A stretch of 64,000 nucleotides of DNA, taken from an uncultured Opitutaceae bacterium. GTDB taxonomy: Bacteria; Verrucomicrobiota; Verrucomicrobiia; Opitutales; UBA2995. The translations under genes and the position numbers were made by a program. Shown piece by piece: positions 46,267 to 54,891 of the stretch. The notes below the pieces were generated by a model that saw nothing but the letters and a program-made list of their open reading frames with translations, was not told where the DNA came from and ran no database searches. The DNA lies in contig CAYGQM010000019.1 of the NCBI GenBank assembly GCA_964352065.1, forward strand, positions 78 through 64,077, read 5' to 3'. Within the stretch, counting starts at the first letter, position 1, and every line of letters begins with the position of its first letter.

Positions 46267-49236
46267 TCAATTCAGGGTATAAATCTCTACAGAACCAATA
46301 CCAGCATCGCCGCCTGCTGACCTCAGATGAAGTGTGTATACACCAGGTTCAAGGTCCAACAACATAGCAGATTCAGTATCCATCGGTGCGAAAAGCGTAG
46401 CCTCGATCTCGTCCCAATTGATTGCATCAAACCAGTTATCATTCGAATAAATCACTACGCCTGAGCTGTTGAATAAGAGCAATTCCGGATCTGCCAACGA
46501 AGGACTTCCCGGAACAATCAGCGAAGGACCCATACCACGAAACAGCAGCTGTTTTGATTCACTACCACCAATGATTAAGCCTCCGATCAAAATTTCCGCA
46601 CCGGATGAAACTCGTCCACGGGTCGAGATGTTGACGAGATCCCCATCTAGGCCAGCCGATGCATCTACATACAGTTCAATTGCGCCGATACCCGTCCCCC
46701 CATTTCCAGAAACGATCGCCGAGTAAGTCCCTGCTGGCAGAGTCGTGATAATTGCGCTTTCACTGGTATTGAGACCGGTTAGACCCGTATCAATAATCGC
46801 CTGGATCTGCGACGTGTCATCAATCCAATTATCGTTTTCCTCGACCACCATTTGGGTTGTATTGTCTATTATCTGCAATGAAGGATTCGGTAATACGTTT
46901 TCAACTCCAACAAGAGATGGCCCAACCGCACGTATGAGAACCTTTTGAGGTCCGTTAAAGATGATAAAGCCTCCGATAAGAACCTCATCATTCAGGCCCA
47001 CATATCCCCGAGTCGATAGATTAACCAATTCACCGGTTTCGCGATCGTCATCATAAATGAGTGCCTCGCCATTTGAGAGATCCCCGATCCGGGCGTTGTT
47101 ACTGGGTTCACTTAATGAAAGACTTACCCGTTCACTCTGTTCGGGAATAGAATCATTGAGTATAACAAGATTAAACAGTTTGGGCGACAAATCACCAGCT
47201 TCCCAAAAAAGTGCAGTGTCGAGTATGACATAATCGGAGCCAGCCACTGCATTCGAGTCTGCCGAGGAGACTCTAACCGAGGCTTCACCAACGCCATCAC
47301 CAAATCGATCAACCTGAATCAGAATCTCTTCACTTCCTTCAGTACCGGAATAAAGGATACGATCAAATTCAAACCAGGTACCCGGCTGTTCCTCATCGTC
47401 CGTTATTGTGATGGTATGGACACTATTTGCTCCAGCAACCGAACCGCTATCGACATCAGAAAGATAGACCGTAAAAACTTCCGGACCTTCAAACAATTCG
47501 TCGTTGAGAAGTCCTATAGAAATCTCTTTGGCAGAAGAGTCTCCATCCGCCCAGTTTAATACACCCACCTGACTAATGAAATCCAAAGACGCCATCGCCG
47601 AACCGGCGTTGGTTTCATAAGCGACAGAAACCGCACCGGTGGATCCTCCCAAACGTTGAATACTCACTGACACAGCGCTACTGTCCTCTGAAACTGTTTG
47701 AGACGATTCCGCAAAAACGACCGTCCCGGAATCATTGAGATCGTCATCCTCGATGATCACGCTAACAATAAAGTTATCATTGAAGAGTCCACCCGTTGAA
47801 GAATCCAAGGAGATAAAAAACGCTTCGTCTGACTCGAAGGCAGCATCGTCAATAATCGGAACCAAGATCGTCTTATCTGCGCCGTCACCGTCTTCCCAAG
47901 ACAAAGAACCATCTATGCCCGTAAAATCCGCACCCGCATTCGCAGTAGAATCGGAAAATGAATAATCGACATCAATCTTCCCGAAGGTGCCTCCGGTTCT
48001 TGAGACTACGATACCAGCCGTTCCCGATGACTCCTCAACCGACAGAAGTTCACTGGCAAACCCTATCGTTCCCACTTCCGATGTTGCGTTGTCATCATCC
48101 TGAATTGTAACCGTAACCGTCGAAACAATAAGGACCGCATCTCCCGTGCCAAGAGTAAGCTCCACCTCAAAGCTTTTATCGACTTCATCGACCTGATCAT
48201 CAGCTACAGAAATGCTAATCGACCGCGAGGTATTGGATCCGTTTATCCAGTTCAAAGTCCCGCTGGCGCTCGTAAAATCGATACCATCCAGTGCAGTGCC
48301 GCCCCGGGTTGCATACTGCACCGAAACCGCGCCCTGATTGCCCCCGGTTCTTTCCACAACCAAATCGACTTGCTCTTCAGATTCCGCAACTTGAATTTCT
48401 GAAACAGACCAGCCAATATTTCCCGCAGAAGATTCGTCGTCCTCAATGATTACCCTGACCTGCGAGGTAGATCCGAGTTCAGCAGAATCTGGATCAGAAA
48501 GAAGTATCGTAAACTCCTCATCAGGCTCAGAGATAAAATCGTCATTCAAACTGATGAAGACGCTTTTCTGAATATCCCCAACGCCAAAGGTCAATGCTCC
48601 GCTTTTCGATTGGAAATCGGTAACTGCCAAAGCCGTTACTCCCGACGTTTCATAATTGACAGTCGCAGATGAATTGATGCCCCCGCTTCGGGTCGCGACG
48701 ACTTCCACCATTGCCTCGTCCTCAGCGACGCGTACCACCCCTTGGGCCCACTGAATAAATGCAGTCTCGTCGTCGAGAATCGTTATTTGAAGATCTTTTC
48801 GACTCCCAATGGTAACACCCGTTCCCGGATTGAATAATTGCAATAGAAACGTCTCATCACCCTCTTCTAGAGCATCCTGACTAATTCTGACACTGATCTG
48901 AAGCTCCTCTTTCCCTGAAGTGAACAAAGCCTGGCGACTGGATATCGCCTGATAATCAAATCCCGAGGTTGCTGATACCTCTACAGATCGGTAGAAGACC
49001 CTCGCAAGGCCGCTCAAATTGCCGCTACGGATCAGCGTTACATCGACTGTTCCAGCAGACTCATCGTAAGAAACTGCCGCTTCGCTCCATTGAATTTCAG
49101 CATTCTGAGCAAAGGCAGAAATTGCTGAAATGAAGAGGGCAGGAACAATCCACTGGAATCGTCCTAGATTTTTAATTAGTAGTTTCAAGGCTACGAAGCT
49201 TCGGCCCAAACCTGTTTGAAGTGAGTAGCGAAGCAA
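46267..49236 (-). CDS. Secreted protein with six Calx-beta domains and the twin C-terminal module (989 aa)
   Basis: Six units of the type 'V.Y.T..GTA..G.DF....G.L.W..GD...K.I.I.I.DD...E.DE.F.V.L'. Signal-like 'WIVPALFISAISAFAQN'. The only start offered is TTG at 49236, with no in-frame ATG before the signal peptide, so the start is uncertain. Confidence 0.85.
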   Translation of the reverse strand: MLRYSLQTGLGRSFVALKLLIKNLGRFQWIVPALFISAISAFAQNAEIQWSEAAVSYDESAGTVDVTLIRSGNLSGLARVFYRSVEVSATSGFDYQAISSRQALFTSGKEELQISVRISQDALEEGDETFLLQLFNPGTGVTIGSRKDLQITILDDETAFIQWAQGVVRVAEDEAMVEVVATRSGGINSSATVNYETSGVTALAVTDFQSKSGALTFGVGDIQKSVFISLNDDFISEPDEEFTILLSDPDSAELGSTSQVRVIIEDDESSAGNIGWSVSEIQVAESEEQVDLVVERTGGNQGAVSVQYATRGGTALDGIDFTSASGTLNWINGSNTSRSISISVADDQVDEVDKSFEVELTLGTGDAVLIVSTVTVTIQDDDNATSEVGTIGFASELLSVEESSGTAGIVVSRTGGTFGKIDVDYSFSDSTANAGADFTGIDGSLSWEDGDGADKTILVPIIDDAAFESDEAFFISLDSSTGGLFNDNFIVSVIIEDDDLNDSGTVVFAESSQTVSEDSSAVSVSIQRLGGSTGAVSVAYETNAGSAMASLDFISQVGVLNWADGDSSAKEISIGLLNDELFEGPEVFTVYLSDVDSGSVAGANSVHTITITDDEEQPGTWFEFDRILYSGTEGSEEILIQVDRFGDGVGEASVRVSSADSNAVAGSDYVILDTALFWEAGDLSPKLFNLVILNDSIPEQSERVSLSLSEPSNNARIGDLSNGEALIYDDDRETGELVNLSTRGYVGLNDEVLIGGFIIFNGPQKVLIRAVGPSLVGVENVLPNPSLQIIDNTTQMVVEENDNWIDDTSQIQAIIDTGLTGLNTSESAIITTLPAGTYSAIVSGNGGTGIGAIELYVDASAGLDGDLVNISTRGRVSSGAEILIGGLIIGGSESKQLLFRGMGPSLIVPGSPSLADPELLLFNSSGVVIYSNDNWFDAINWDEIEATLFAPMDTESAMLLDLEPGVYTLHLRSAGGDAGIGSVEIYTLN
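46270..47028 (-). repeat. Twin C-terminal module (2 x ~125 aa), paralogous to 34690-35475
   Basis: 'LVNLSTRGYVGLNDEVLIGGFIIFNGPQKVLIRAVGPSL...LPAGTYSAIVS...GIGAIELYV' and 'LVNISTRGRVSSGAEILIGGLIIGG...LLFRGMGPSL...LEPGVYTLHLR...GIGSVEIYTL'. Confidence 0.9.
47040..49100 (-). repeat. Six tandem Calx-beta domains (~115 aa each)
   Basis: Unit boundaries are marked by acidic ends 'ILDDE', 'IEDDE', 'IQDDD', 'IEDDD', 'ITDDE', 'IYDDD'. Coordinates are approximate. Confidence 0.8.
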
Positions 49237-49323
49237 ATGAAATATAAAATTTCACACTTTCATTACTGCCTTCAGGCACCCCTCCCAAACAAAAGGTTTG
49301 CGCCCCCCAGTAAGAGGTAAACC

Positions 49324-50244
49324 ATGGCACTGATGTTGGCTAATGAAGCGCCTAAAGTTTCCTTTATCGTTCCCGTATACAATCGACTGGATTGCACGGA
49401 AACCTTTCTTAGAACCTTCTTTGAAACCGTCGGCCCTGTTTCCTATGAGTTAATTATCGCCAACGATTGCAGCTGCGATGGGACCTATGAATTCCTCGAT
49501 AAAATCGATGACAACCACGTAACGGTAATTCACAACGAAACTCGGTCTGGCTACGCCAAATCCGTAAACAGGGCAGCGAAACTCGCCACTGGAGAATTCC
49601 TTGGACTTATGAACAATGACCTGATCCTCACCGAAGGGTGGTTCGAGCCCATGATAGAATGCTTCAACCGAAAGCTAAAAGTCGGAACCGTCGGTAACAT
49701 CCAGCGCAATGTTCAAAGTAAGTCTTTGGACCACGCCGGTATCGTATTCGATCTCGTCGGCCTTCCAGATCATTACGGAAAAAACTACCCGTTTCTTCCA
49801 AGCTTCGACTATCGTGATTTTCCGGCAGTGACCGCAGCCTGTATGTTATTGAAGCGCGCGCTTTTTGAAGAGTTGAACGGGTTCGACGAGACCTACCTGA
49901 ACGGATGCGAAGACGTCGATCTTTGTCTCAGAATTGGGAAGAAAGGCTTTCGCCACTTCGTCGCTGGACACAGTCAAATATGGCATCACGTTAGTGCCTC
50001 ACCCGGCCGGCGTGATCACGACAAATCCAACAACAGAATTTTGCTATCCCGGTGGGGCGAGGAAATGAACCGGCACGGTCAACGGGATTGGCCCTTTCAA
50101 TACTTAATGCGCTACTGGAAAACGCCTTGGCTTTACAACGGTACTAAGCTCATTGATGCGCTCTTGCGCTTGGCCAGATTAAAGACTGGTGACTCCAAAT
50201 GGGCCATTCAGAAACGTGCTCAAATAATGAACCCTGAAAACTAG
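49324..50244 (+). CDS. GT2 glycosyltransferase
   Basis: 'VSFIVPVYNRLDCTETFLRTF...YELIIANDCSCDGT' and 'LMNNDLILTEGW'. C-terminal 'CEDVDLCLRI...WHH' as in rhamnosyl/galactosyl GT2 enzymes. Confidence 0.85.
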   Translation: MALMLANEAPKVSFIVPVYNRLDCTETFLRTFFETVGPVSYELIIANDCSCDGTYEFLDKIDDNHVTVIHNETRSGYAKSVNRAAKLATGEFLGLMNNDLILTEGWFEPMIECFNRKLKVGTVGNIQRNVQSKSLDHAGIVFDLVGLPDHYGKNYPFLPSFDYRDFPAVTAACMLLKRALFEELNGFDETYLNGCEDVDLCLRIGKKGFRHFVAGHSQIWHHVSASPGRRDHDKSNNRILLSRWGEEMNRHGQRDWPFQYLMRYWKTPWLYNGTKLIDALLRLARLKTGDSKWAIQKRAQIMNPEN

Positions 50245-50747
50245 GATGCGGTCCAATACTCCGTTAATCCACCTGTAAGTCCGAAGATTGGATCTCTTGG
50301 TGGTACCGGTAGCGCGGCAATGTTCTCCAACACAGCAGGCCTCTCTTCGGGTCTGCCATACTGCATATCCCAATCGAACCCTTTCGGATAACCACCAATC
50401 ACTCCAAAATCGGCGCTGGATCCTTTATTGAAGTGTCCCACACCAGCTGGGATCAAAATAACGTCACCCGCATGAATATGAAGGAGCTTTCCATTCTCAC
50501 CTCCCAAGAGTACTTTTGCTTCACCTTGGTAGCAACCCAGTACCTCGTGTGAGGTGCTATGGTAATGATGGAAGGAGTAAATTCCGTTACGCCAAAACCG
50601 AGACCATCCATTACCGGAAAACATCCTCTCCAGTTGATCTGCGGCCTTACGACCTCTACCGACATCCAATTGTGAATACACCAATAACGGTAATGGATTA
50701 TTGGGAATCGATCCGTCGTCCGGAAACACAAAAGGCGTCACTTTCAC
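50241..50747 (-). CDS. Cupin-domain protein (YjlB-like)
   Basis: 'FHHYHSTSHEVLGCYQGEAKVLLGG...IHAGDVILIPAGVGH' cupin motifs. I place the start at GTG 50747 (or 50741), just after the hup terminator. The longer ORF-track start (50909) would overlap hup. Confidence 0.65.
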   Translation of the reverse strand: MKVTPFVFPDDGSIPNNPLPLLVYSQLDVGRGRKAADQLERMFSGNGWSRFWRNGIYSFHHYHSTSHEVLGCYQGEAKVLLGGENGKLLHIHAGDVILIPAGVGHFNKGSSADFGVIGGYPKGFDWDMQYGRPEERPAVLENIAALPVPPRDPIFGLTGGLTEYWTAS

Positions 50748-50752
50748 ACAAT

Positions 50753-50781
50753 AAAAAAGGCCGGAAAATCCGGCCTTTTTC
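50753..50781. terminator. Rho-independent terminator downstream of hup (bidirectional shape)
   Basis: AAAAAA-GGCCGG-AAAAT-CCGGCC-TTTTT. A perfect 6-bp GC stem (50759-50764 / 50770-50775) flanked by an A-run and a T-run, about 22 nt after the hup stop. Confidence 0.85.
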
Positions 50782-50802
50782 AAATTATTTTGGAAACTAG
50801 TT

Positions 50803-51075
50803 CTATTGAACCGCGTCCTTAAGAGCTTTCCCTGGGGAGAACTTAACTGCGTTACGCGCAGCAATTTGGATTTCGGCTCCAGTCTGTGGATTACGTCCAG
50901 TGCGCGCATTGCGACGAGACACTGAGAAGTTACCGAATCCGACTAGGGATACAGCATCTCCACCAGAAAGAGACTTAGTCACTGCTTCTAAAGCAGCGTC
51001 CAAAGATTTACCAGCATCGGCTTTTGAAAGTCCGGTCTGTTCGGAGATAGCATCAACAAGATCAGCTTTATTCAT
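50803..51075 (-). CDS. hup: HU-family nucleoid-associated DNA-binding protein
   Basis: 'MNKADLVDAISEQTGLSKADAGKSLDA...FGNFSVSRRNARTGRNPQTGAEIQIAARNAVKFSPGKALKDAV', a 90-aa classic HU/IHF fold sequence. Confidence 0.95.
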   Translation of the reverse strand: MNKADLVDAISEQTGLSKADAGKSLDAALEAVTKSLSGGDAVSLVGFGNFSVSRRNARTGRNPQTGAEIQIAARNAVKFSPGKALKDAVQ

Positions 51076-51227
51076 ATTTAGTACCTTTCGATTATAGAGG
51101 TTTAGGTTATGTTCTAACGATAGTGAGGTAATTGGTGAGACAAGGCCAATTTTTAAGCGATTACAAGCGCCATTTAGGGGGTTTCGACTTGTTCAGAGCC
51201 AAAAAATCCAGAAAAGTCGTGAAATTA

Positions 51228-51989
51228 ATGTCTCATGCCTCTTTACACATTAGAAACCTCACCAAAAGCTTTGGTGAAACCACCGCTGTCGATCGACTAA
51301 CACTGTCCATAAAACCTGGGGAAATCCTCGGTTTGCTCGGCGCTAACGGAGCTGGAAAATCTACCACAATGCAGATGATGCTGGGCTTAATTAAGCCTAC
51401 ATCCGGAAGAATCGAAGTATTTGGCCTGGACTTGGAAAAGTACAGAATCGAGATCCTGAAGCGCATGAATTTCTCCTCTACCTACGCCAATCTCCCGTCC
51501 AATTTGACGGTTGCACAAAACTTAAAGGTGTTTGCTGGACTCTATAGTATTAAGAAGCCCAAAGAGATAATAGAGGAAATGATGGCGGTTTTTGAGATCT
51601 CCCATTTGGCAAAACGGGTCACAGGCCAACTTTCATCGGGAGAATCCACCCGACTCAACCTGTGTAAAGCGTTCCTCAACAATCCTGAACTGCTATTACT
51701 CGATGAACCCACGGCAAGTCTTGACCCTGATATCGCCGACAAGGTTCGCACTATGATTAACAGGCTGCGCTACGAAAAGAATCTCTCGATCCTGTACACA
51801 TCCCACAACATGAGGGATATCGAAACTATCTGTGATCGCATCATATTTCTCCACAAAGGAAAGATCATCATTGAAGGAACCCGTGAAGAGATCGCACAAC
51901 ACTTTAACGAACAGTCTCTCGAAGATGTATTTATAAAAATAGCCCGCGATGGTGAGTTGATCAGCACCGAGGAGGACGGCGAATCATGA
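51228..51989 (+). CDS. ABC transporter ATP-binding protein (ABC-2/NatA-type exporter)
   Basis: Walker A 'GANGAGKST', signature 'LSSGESTRLNL', Walker B 'LLLLDEPT'. I prefer ATG 51228 (MSHASLHIRNL) over the GTG at 51132. Confidence 0.9.
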   Translation: MSHASLHIRNLTKSFGETTAVDRLTLSIKPGEILGLLGANGAGKSTTMQMMLGLIKPTSGRIEVFGLDLEKYRIEILKRMNFSSTYANLPSNLTVAQNLKVFAGLYSIKKPKEIIEEMMAVFEISHLAKRVTGQLSSGESTRLNLCKAFLNNPELLLLDEPTASLDPDIADKVRTMINRLRYEKNLSILYTSHNMRDIETICDRIIFLHKGKIIIEGTREEIAQHFNEQSLEDVFIKIARDGELISTEEDGES

Positions 51990-52783
51990 ATCCACGAGTT
52001 GTTCTAGCTCTCATAAATCGCTACAGCTATCTTTTCTTACGAAACCCTGTGCGTTTGGTGGAGCTGGTATTCTGGCCGGCATTGGAACTCCTCGTCTGGG
52101 GGTTCCTCACCATGTATATCCAAAAGGAAACTTCCGGAGATTTCTCAACTTTCATACGATTCCTGATCGGAGCGACCATCTTCTGGGACGTCCTTTTTCG
52201 GGCTCAAATGGGTATTTCCATTTCTTTCCTGGAAGACATGTGGACAAGAAATCTTCTGAATATCTTTGTCGCTCCCATCCGTATCAAAGAATACCTCGCA
52301 GCTATGTTCTGCATGGGGCTCATTCGAGTCAGTATCGTGATCATTGTTCTGTCGATTCTTGCCTGGCTTCTGTATGCATTTAATCTCTATGCGTTCAGCT
52401 GGTATCTTATTCCTTTTTTCATATCGCTGATGGTTTTTGGATTTTCCCTGGGAATCATATCGGTCTCGCTGATACTTAGATGGGGCCAAGCAGCGGAGTC
52501 ACTCGCATGGGCCTTGCCCTTCTTGATCCAACCCTTCTCGGCTGTATTTTATTCGGTGGATACCCTCCCCAAAGTGATGCAGTTTGTCGCCTGGTGCTTC
52601 CCGAGTACCTATGTTTTTGAGGGCATGAGAGAATTCATCCGCTCCGGAATAATGGATTGGAACGCCATTTTGATGTCAGGCGTTCTGAATCTCGTTTACC
52701 TGTCTTTTGCTGCGGGGATCTTCAAGTGGATGTTTACAAAAGCCAGAAAACTTGGATTACTCACAAAGATTGCGACTCAGTAA
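51986..52783 (+). CDS. ABC-2 family transporter permease
   Basis: ATGA overlap with the ATPase gene, six hydrophobic spans, 'FWPALELLVWGFL' ABC-2-type N-terminus. Confidence 0.85.
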   Translation: MNPRVVLALINRYSYLFLRNPVRLVELVFWPALELLVWGFLTMYIQKETSGDFSTFIRFLIGATIFWDVLFRAQMGISISFLEDMWTRNLLNIFVAPIRIKEYLAAMFCMGLIRVSIVIIVLSILAWLLYAFNLYAFSWYLIPFFISLMVFGFSLGIISVSLILRWGQAAESLAWALPFLIQPFSAVFYSVDTLPKVMQFVAWCFPSTYVFEGMREFIRSGIMDWNAILMSGVLNLVYLSFAAGIFKWMFTKARKLGLLTKIATQ

Positions 52784-52805
52784 AACTTTGCTACGTTACT
52801 AACCT

Positions 52806-53150
52806 ATGAAAAAGAAACTACTCATTTTCACTGCTATTCTAAGCGGAATCCTGATCCAAGGCTGCACCCAGGAAAGCGAAGATATTTGGATAGATGTCCG
52901 CTCTCAGGAAGAATATGACACAGGTCATCTGGAAAATGTCTGGCACATTCCCCACGAGCAAATCGCGGAAAGAATCCTCGAGGTGACAGACAATAAAGAT
53001 GCAACGATCCACCTTTACTGTCGCAGCGGCGGTAGAGCGGGTAGAGCAAAAGCTGCTCTGGAAGAACTTGGATTCGTAAACATTATCAACGAAGGCGGAT
53101 ACGAAGACATACTGAAGAACCGTGCATCTGAACAAACTCTTCCCAATTAA
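52806..53150 (+). CDS. Rhodanese-domain sulfurtransferase, probable lipoprotein
   Basis: Lipobox-like 'LIQGC' after a signal peptide. Active-site loop 'YCRSGGRAG'. Confidence 0.85.
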   Translation: MKKKLLIFTAILSGILIQGCTQESEDIWIDVRSQEEYDTGHLENVWHIPHEQIAERILEVTDNKDATIHLYCRSGGRAGRAKAALEELGFVNIINEGGYEDILKNRASEQTLPN

Positions 53151-53170
53151 CCGGCCTTACCTCTATATCC

Positions 53171-53533
53171 ATGAGCCAACTAAAGGAAAAGCATTTCGAA
53201 ATCGAACACTTCGATGAAATCAAAGGAGTTCCCTGCCCTTGTGGAATCTCCAAACGGGCATTCTTTTCTCCCAGTAATCCAACCGCCACGGTGCATCGCG
53301 TTGATATCTCAATCGATGCAAAAACTCACTATCACAAAAAAATCACCGAGTTTTACTTGATTCTAGAGATGGAAGAAGGTGCTTACATGGAATTGGATGG
53401 AGAAAAATACTCCGTTCAGCCTATGAGTACGATCATGATCAAGCCAGGTTGCCGCCATCGGGCTGTTGGAAAAATGAAAATCGTCAATTTCGCAGTTCCA
53501 GCCTTCGATCCGGAAGACGAATGGTTCGATTGA
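53171..53533 (+). CDS. Small cupin-domain protein
   Basis: 'HYHKKITEFYLILE...' and 'IMIKPGCRHRAVG' two-motif cupin pattern, 120 aa. Confidence 0.7.
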   Translation: MSQLKEKHFEIEHFDEIKGVPCPCGISKRAFFSPSNPTATVHRVDISIDAKTHYHKKITEFYLILEMEEGAYMELDGEKYSVQPMSTIMIKPGCRHRAVGKMKIVNFAVPAFDPEDEWFD

Positions 53534-53634
53534 TCCATTACATCCGATTACAATATTTCATACCGAAATAACGCTTGCAATTGGGTCTCCCAGACCTACT
53601 TTCCTCCCCTTTACTTCGAAACTCGATAAGAGCA

Positions 53635-53865
53635 ATGTCTAGAATTTGTGCAATTACAGGTAAACGGCCCATCACCGGAGGATCTATTTCTCGGAAGGGT
53701 CAAAGCAAAAAAAGCGGTGGTATTGGAACTCACGTTACAAAATCCAATAAACGCGTATTCCGCCCCAATCTGCAACGCAAACGCGTTCGTCTGCCCAATG
53801 GCACCGTGAAGCGTATCTGGATCTCAGCCAAGGCTTTGAAATCTGGAAAAGTAGAAGTCGTTTAA
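53635..53865 (+). CDS. rpmB: 50S ribosomal protein L28
   Basis: 'MSRICAITGKRPITGGSISRKG...HVTKSNKRVFRPNLQRKRV....G..KRIWISAKALKSG'. ATG 53635 is preferred over the upstream TTG of the ORF track. Confidence 0.92.
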   Translation: MSRICAITGKRPITGGSISRKGQSKKSGGIGTHVTKSNKRVFRPNLQRKRVRLPNGTVKRIWISAKALKSGKVEVV

Positions 53866-53889
53866 GGCGAAACTCCTATAATTTTTTTT

Positions 53890-53921
53890 AAAAAACCCGG
53901 CTCAGCGAGTCGGGTTTTTTT
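53890..53921. terminator. Rho-independent terminator after rpmB (bidirectional, shared with the convergent BASS gene)
   Basis: AAAAA-ACCCGGCT-CAGCG-AGTCGGGT-TTTTTT. An 8-bp stem (one G-U pair) at 53895-53902 / 53908-53915, then a T-run. Confidence 0.85.
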
Positions 53922-54891
53922 ATCCCGTTTTTTGGAACCGGGGGATAAACACAGCTCCTAAGAGTAGCTGAATCGGGTGGTAGATCATCAGTGGCAGCAA
54001 TATTATTCCAAATGCTGGATCTGCGCCCAGCAGCGAGACTCCCAAGGGTATTCCTGTGGCCAACGTTTTTTGAGTTCCACAAAAGAAAACCGCCGCCCGA
54101 TCACTTTGCTCAAACTTCAAGCTGTGTAAAAGCAACAGGCACACGATCGAGATAACCAGAAAGAGGAATAGGCAAATAAGGGTCGTCAAAAAGATCAGAC
54201 TCAGACTTTGACCATCCCAGGCACCACCTACCACCGAGTTCGCGAAAGCGGCGAAAACAATAAATACAATCACCAGTTGACTAAAATGCCCTACGTACGG
54301 ACGGATTTTTTCCAAAGATCCTTTGAAAAGTACATGGACGACCTGACCAACGAGGAGAGGTAAAATGATCAATTTAGAAAGCTTAACAACAACTGTTCCC
54401 AAACCCGCCATCTCGCTCATGTCTGCCTGAACCAATAGAGTCATCCAAAGGGGGGTAATCACTACTCCGATTACATTGGCGACCGTCGTATTAAATAAAG
54501 AGACCGCGGTATTCCCTTTCGCCTGTGAGGTAAACACAATCGCCGATGAAATAGTAGTCGGCAGTGCAGCCAGCAAATAAAAACCTACCCTAAGCGGTTG
54601 GGAGAGGTAAGGACCCCACACTAAATCACCGCTTATAATAACCAAAGGAAAGACCAGAAAGATAAAGATTTGGGTAAACAGATGGGCCTTCCAACGTAAA
54701 AAGGATCTTTTAAGAACTTCTGTCGGTAGCATCCATCCTTGAAAAAAGAAAATTAAGACGATTCCAATTTTTGTCGTTAGCTCTGATCGCAAGTATCCCC
54801 CAGTAGCGCCCCATTCAGGAAAAACGAATGCCAGACAGACAGCCGATAGAAGTCCCAGAAGAAGCCACTGTTTTTTGAGAAAGGCCCTCAT
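53920..54891 (-). CDS. Bile acid:sodium symporter (BASS/SBF-like) family transporter
   Basis: About 10 hydrophobic spans. 'LLAALPTTISSAIVFTSQAKGN' and 'FCGTQKTLATGIPL' resemble the two SBF core motifs. Confidence 0.75.
   Translation of the reverse strand: MRAFLKKQWLLLGLLSAVCLAFVFPEWGATGGYLRSELTTKIGIVLIFFFQGWMLPTEVLKRSFLRWKAHLFTQIFIFLVFPLVIISGDLVWGPYLSQPLRVGFYLLAALPTTISSAIVFTSQAKGNTAVSLFNTTVANVIGVVITPLWMTLLVQADMSEMAGLGTVVVKLSKLIILPLLVGQVVHVLFKGSLEKIRPYVGHFSQLVIVFIVFAAFANSVVGGAWDGQSLSLIFLTTLICLFLFLVISIVCLLLLHSLKFEQSDRAAVFFCGTQKTLATGIPLGVSLLGADPAFGIILLPLMIYHPIQLLLGAVFIPRFQKTG

Noticed and set aside
50748-50909. N-terminal extension of the cupin ORF (ORF-track start 50909) overlapping hup
   Set aside because: The extension runs through the hup 3' end and its strong terminator hairpin (50759-50775). 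A GTG start at 50747 or 50741 gives a normal-length cupin protein.
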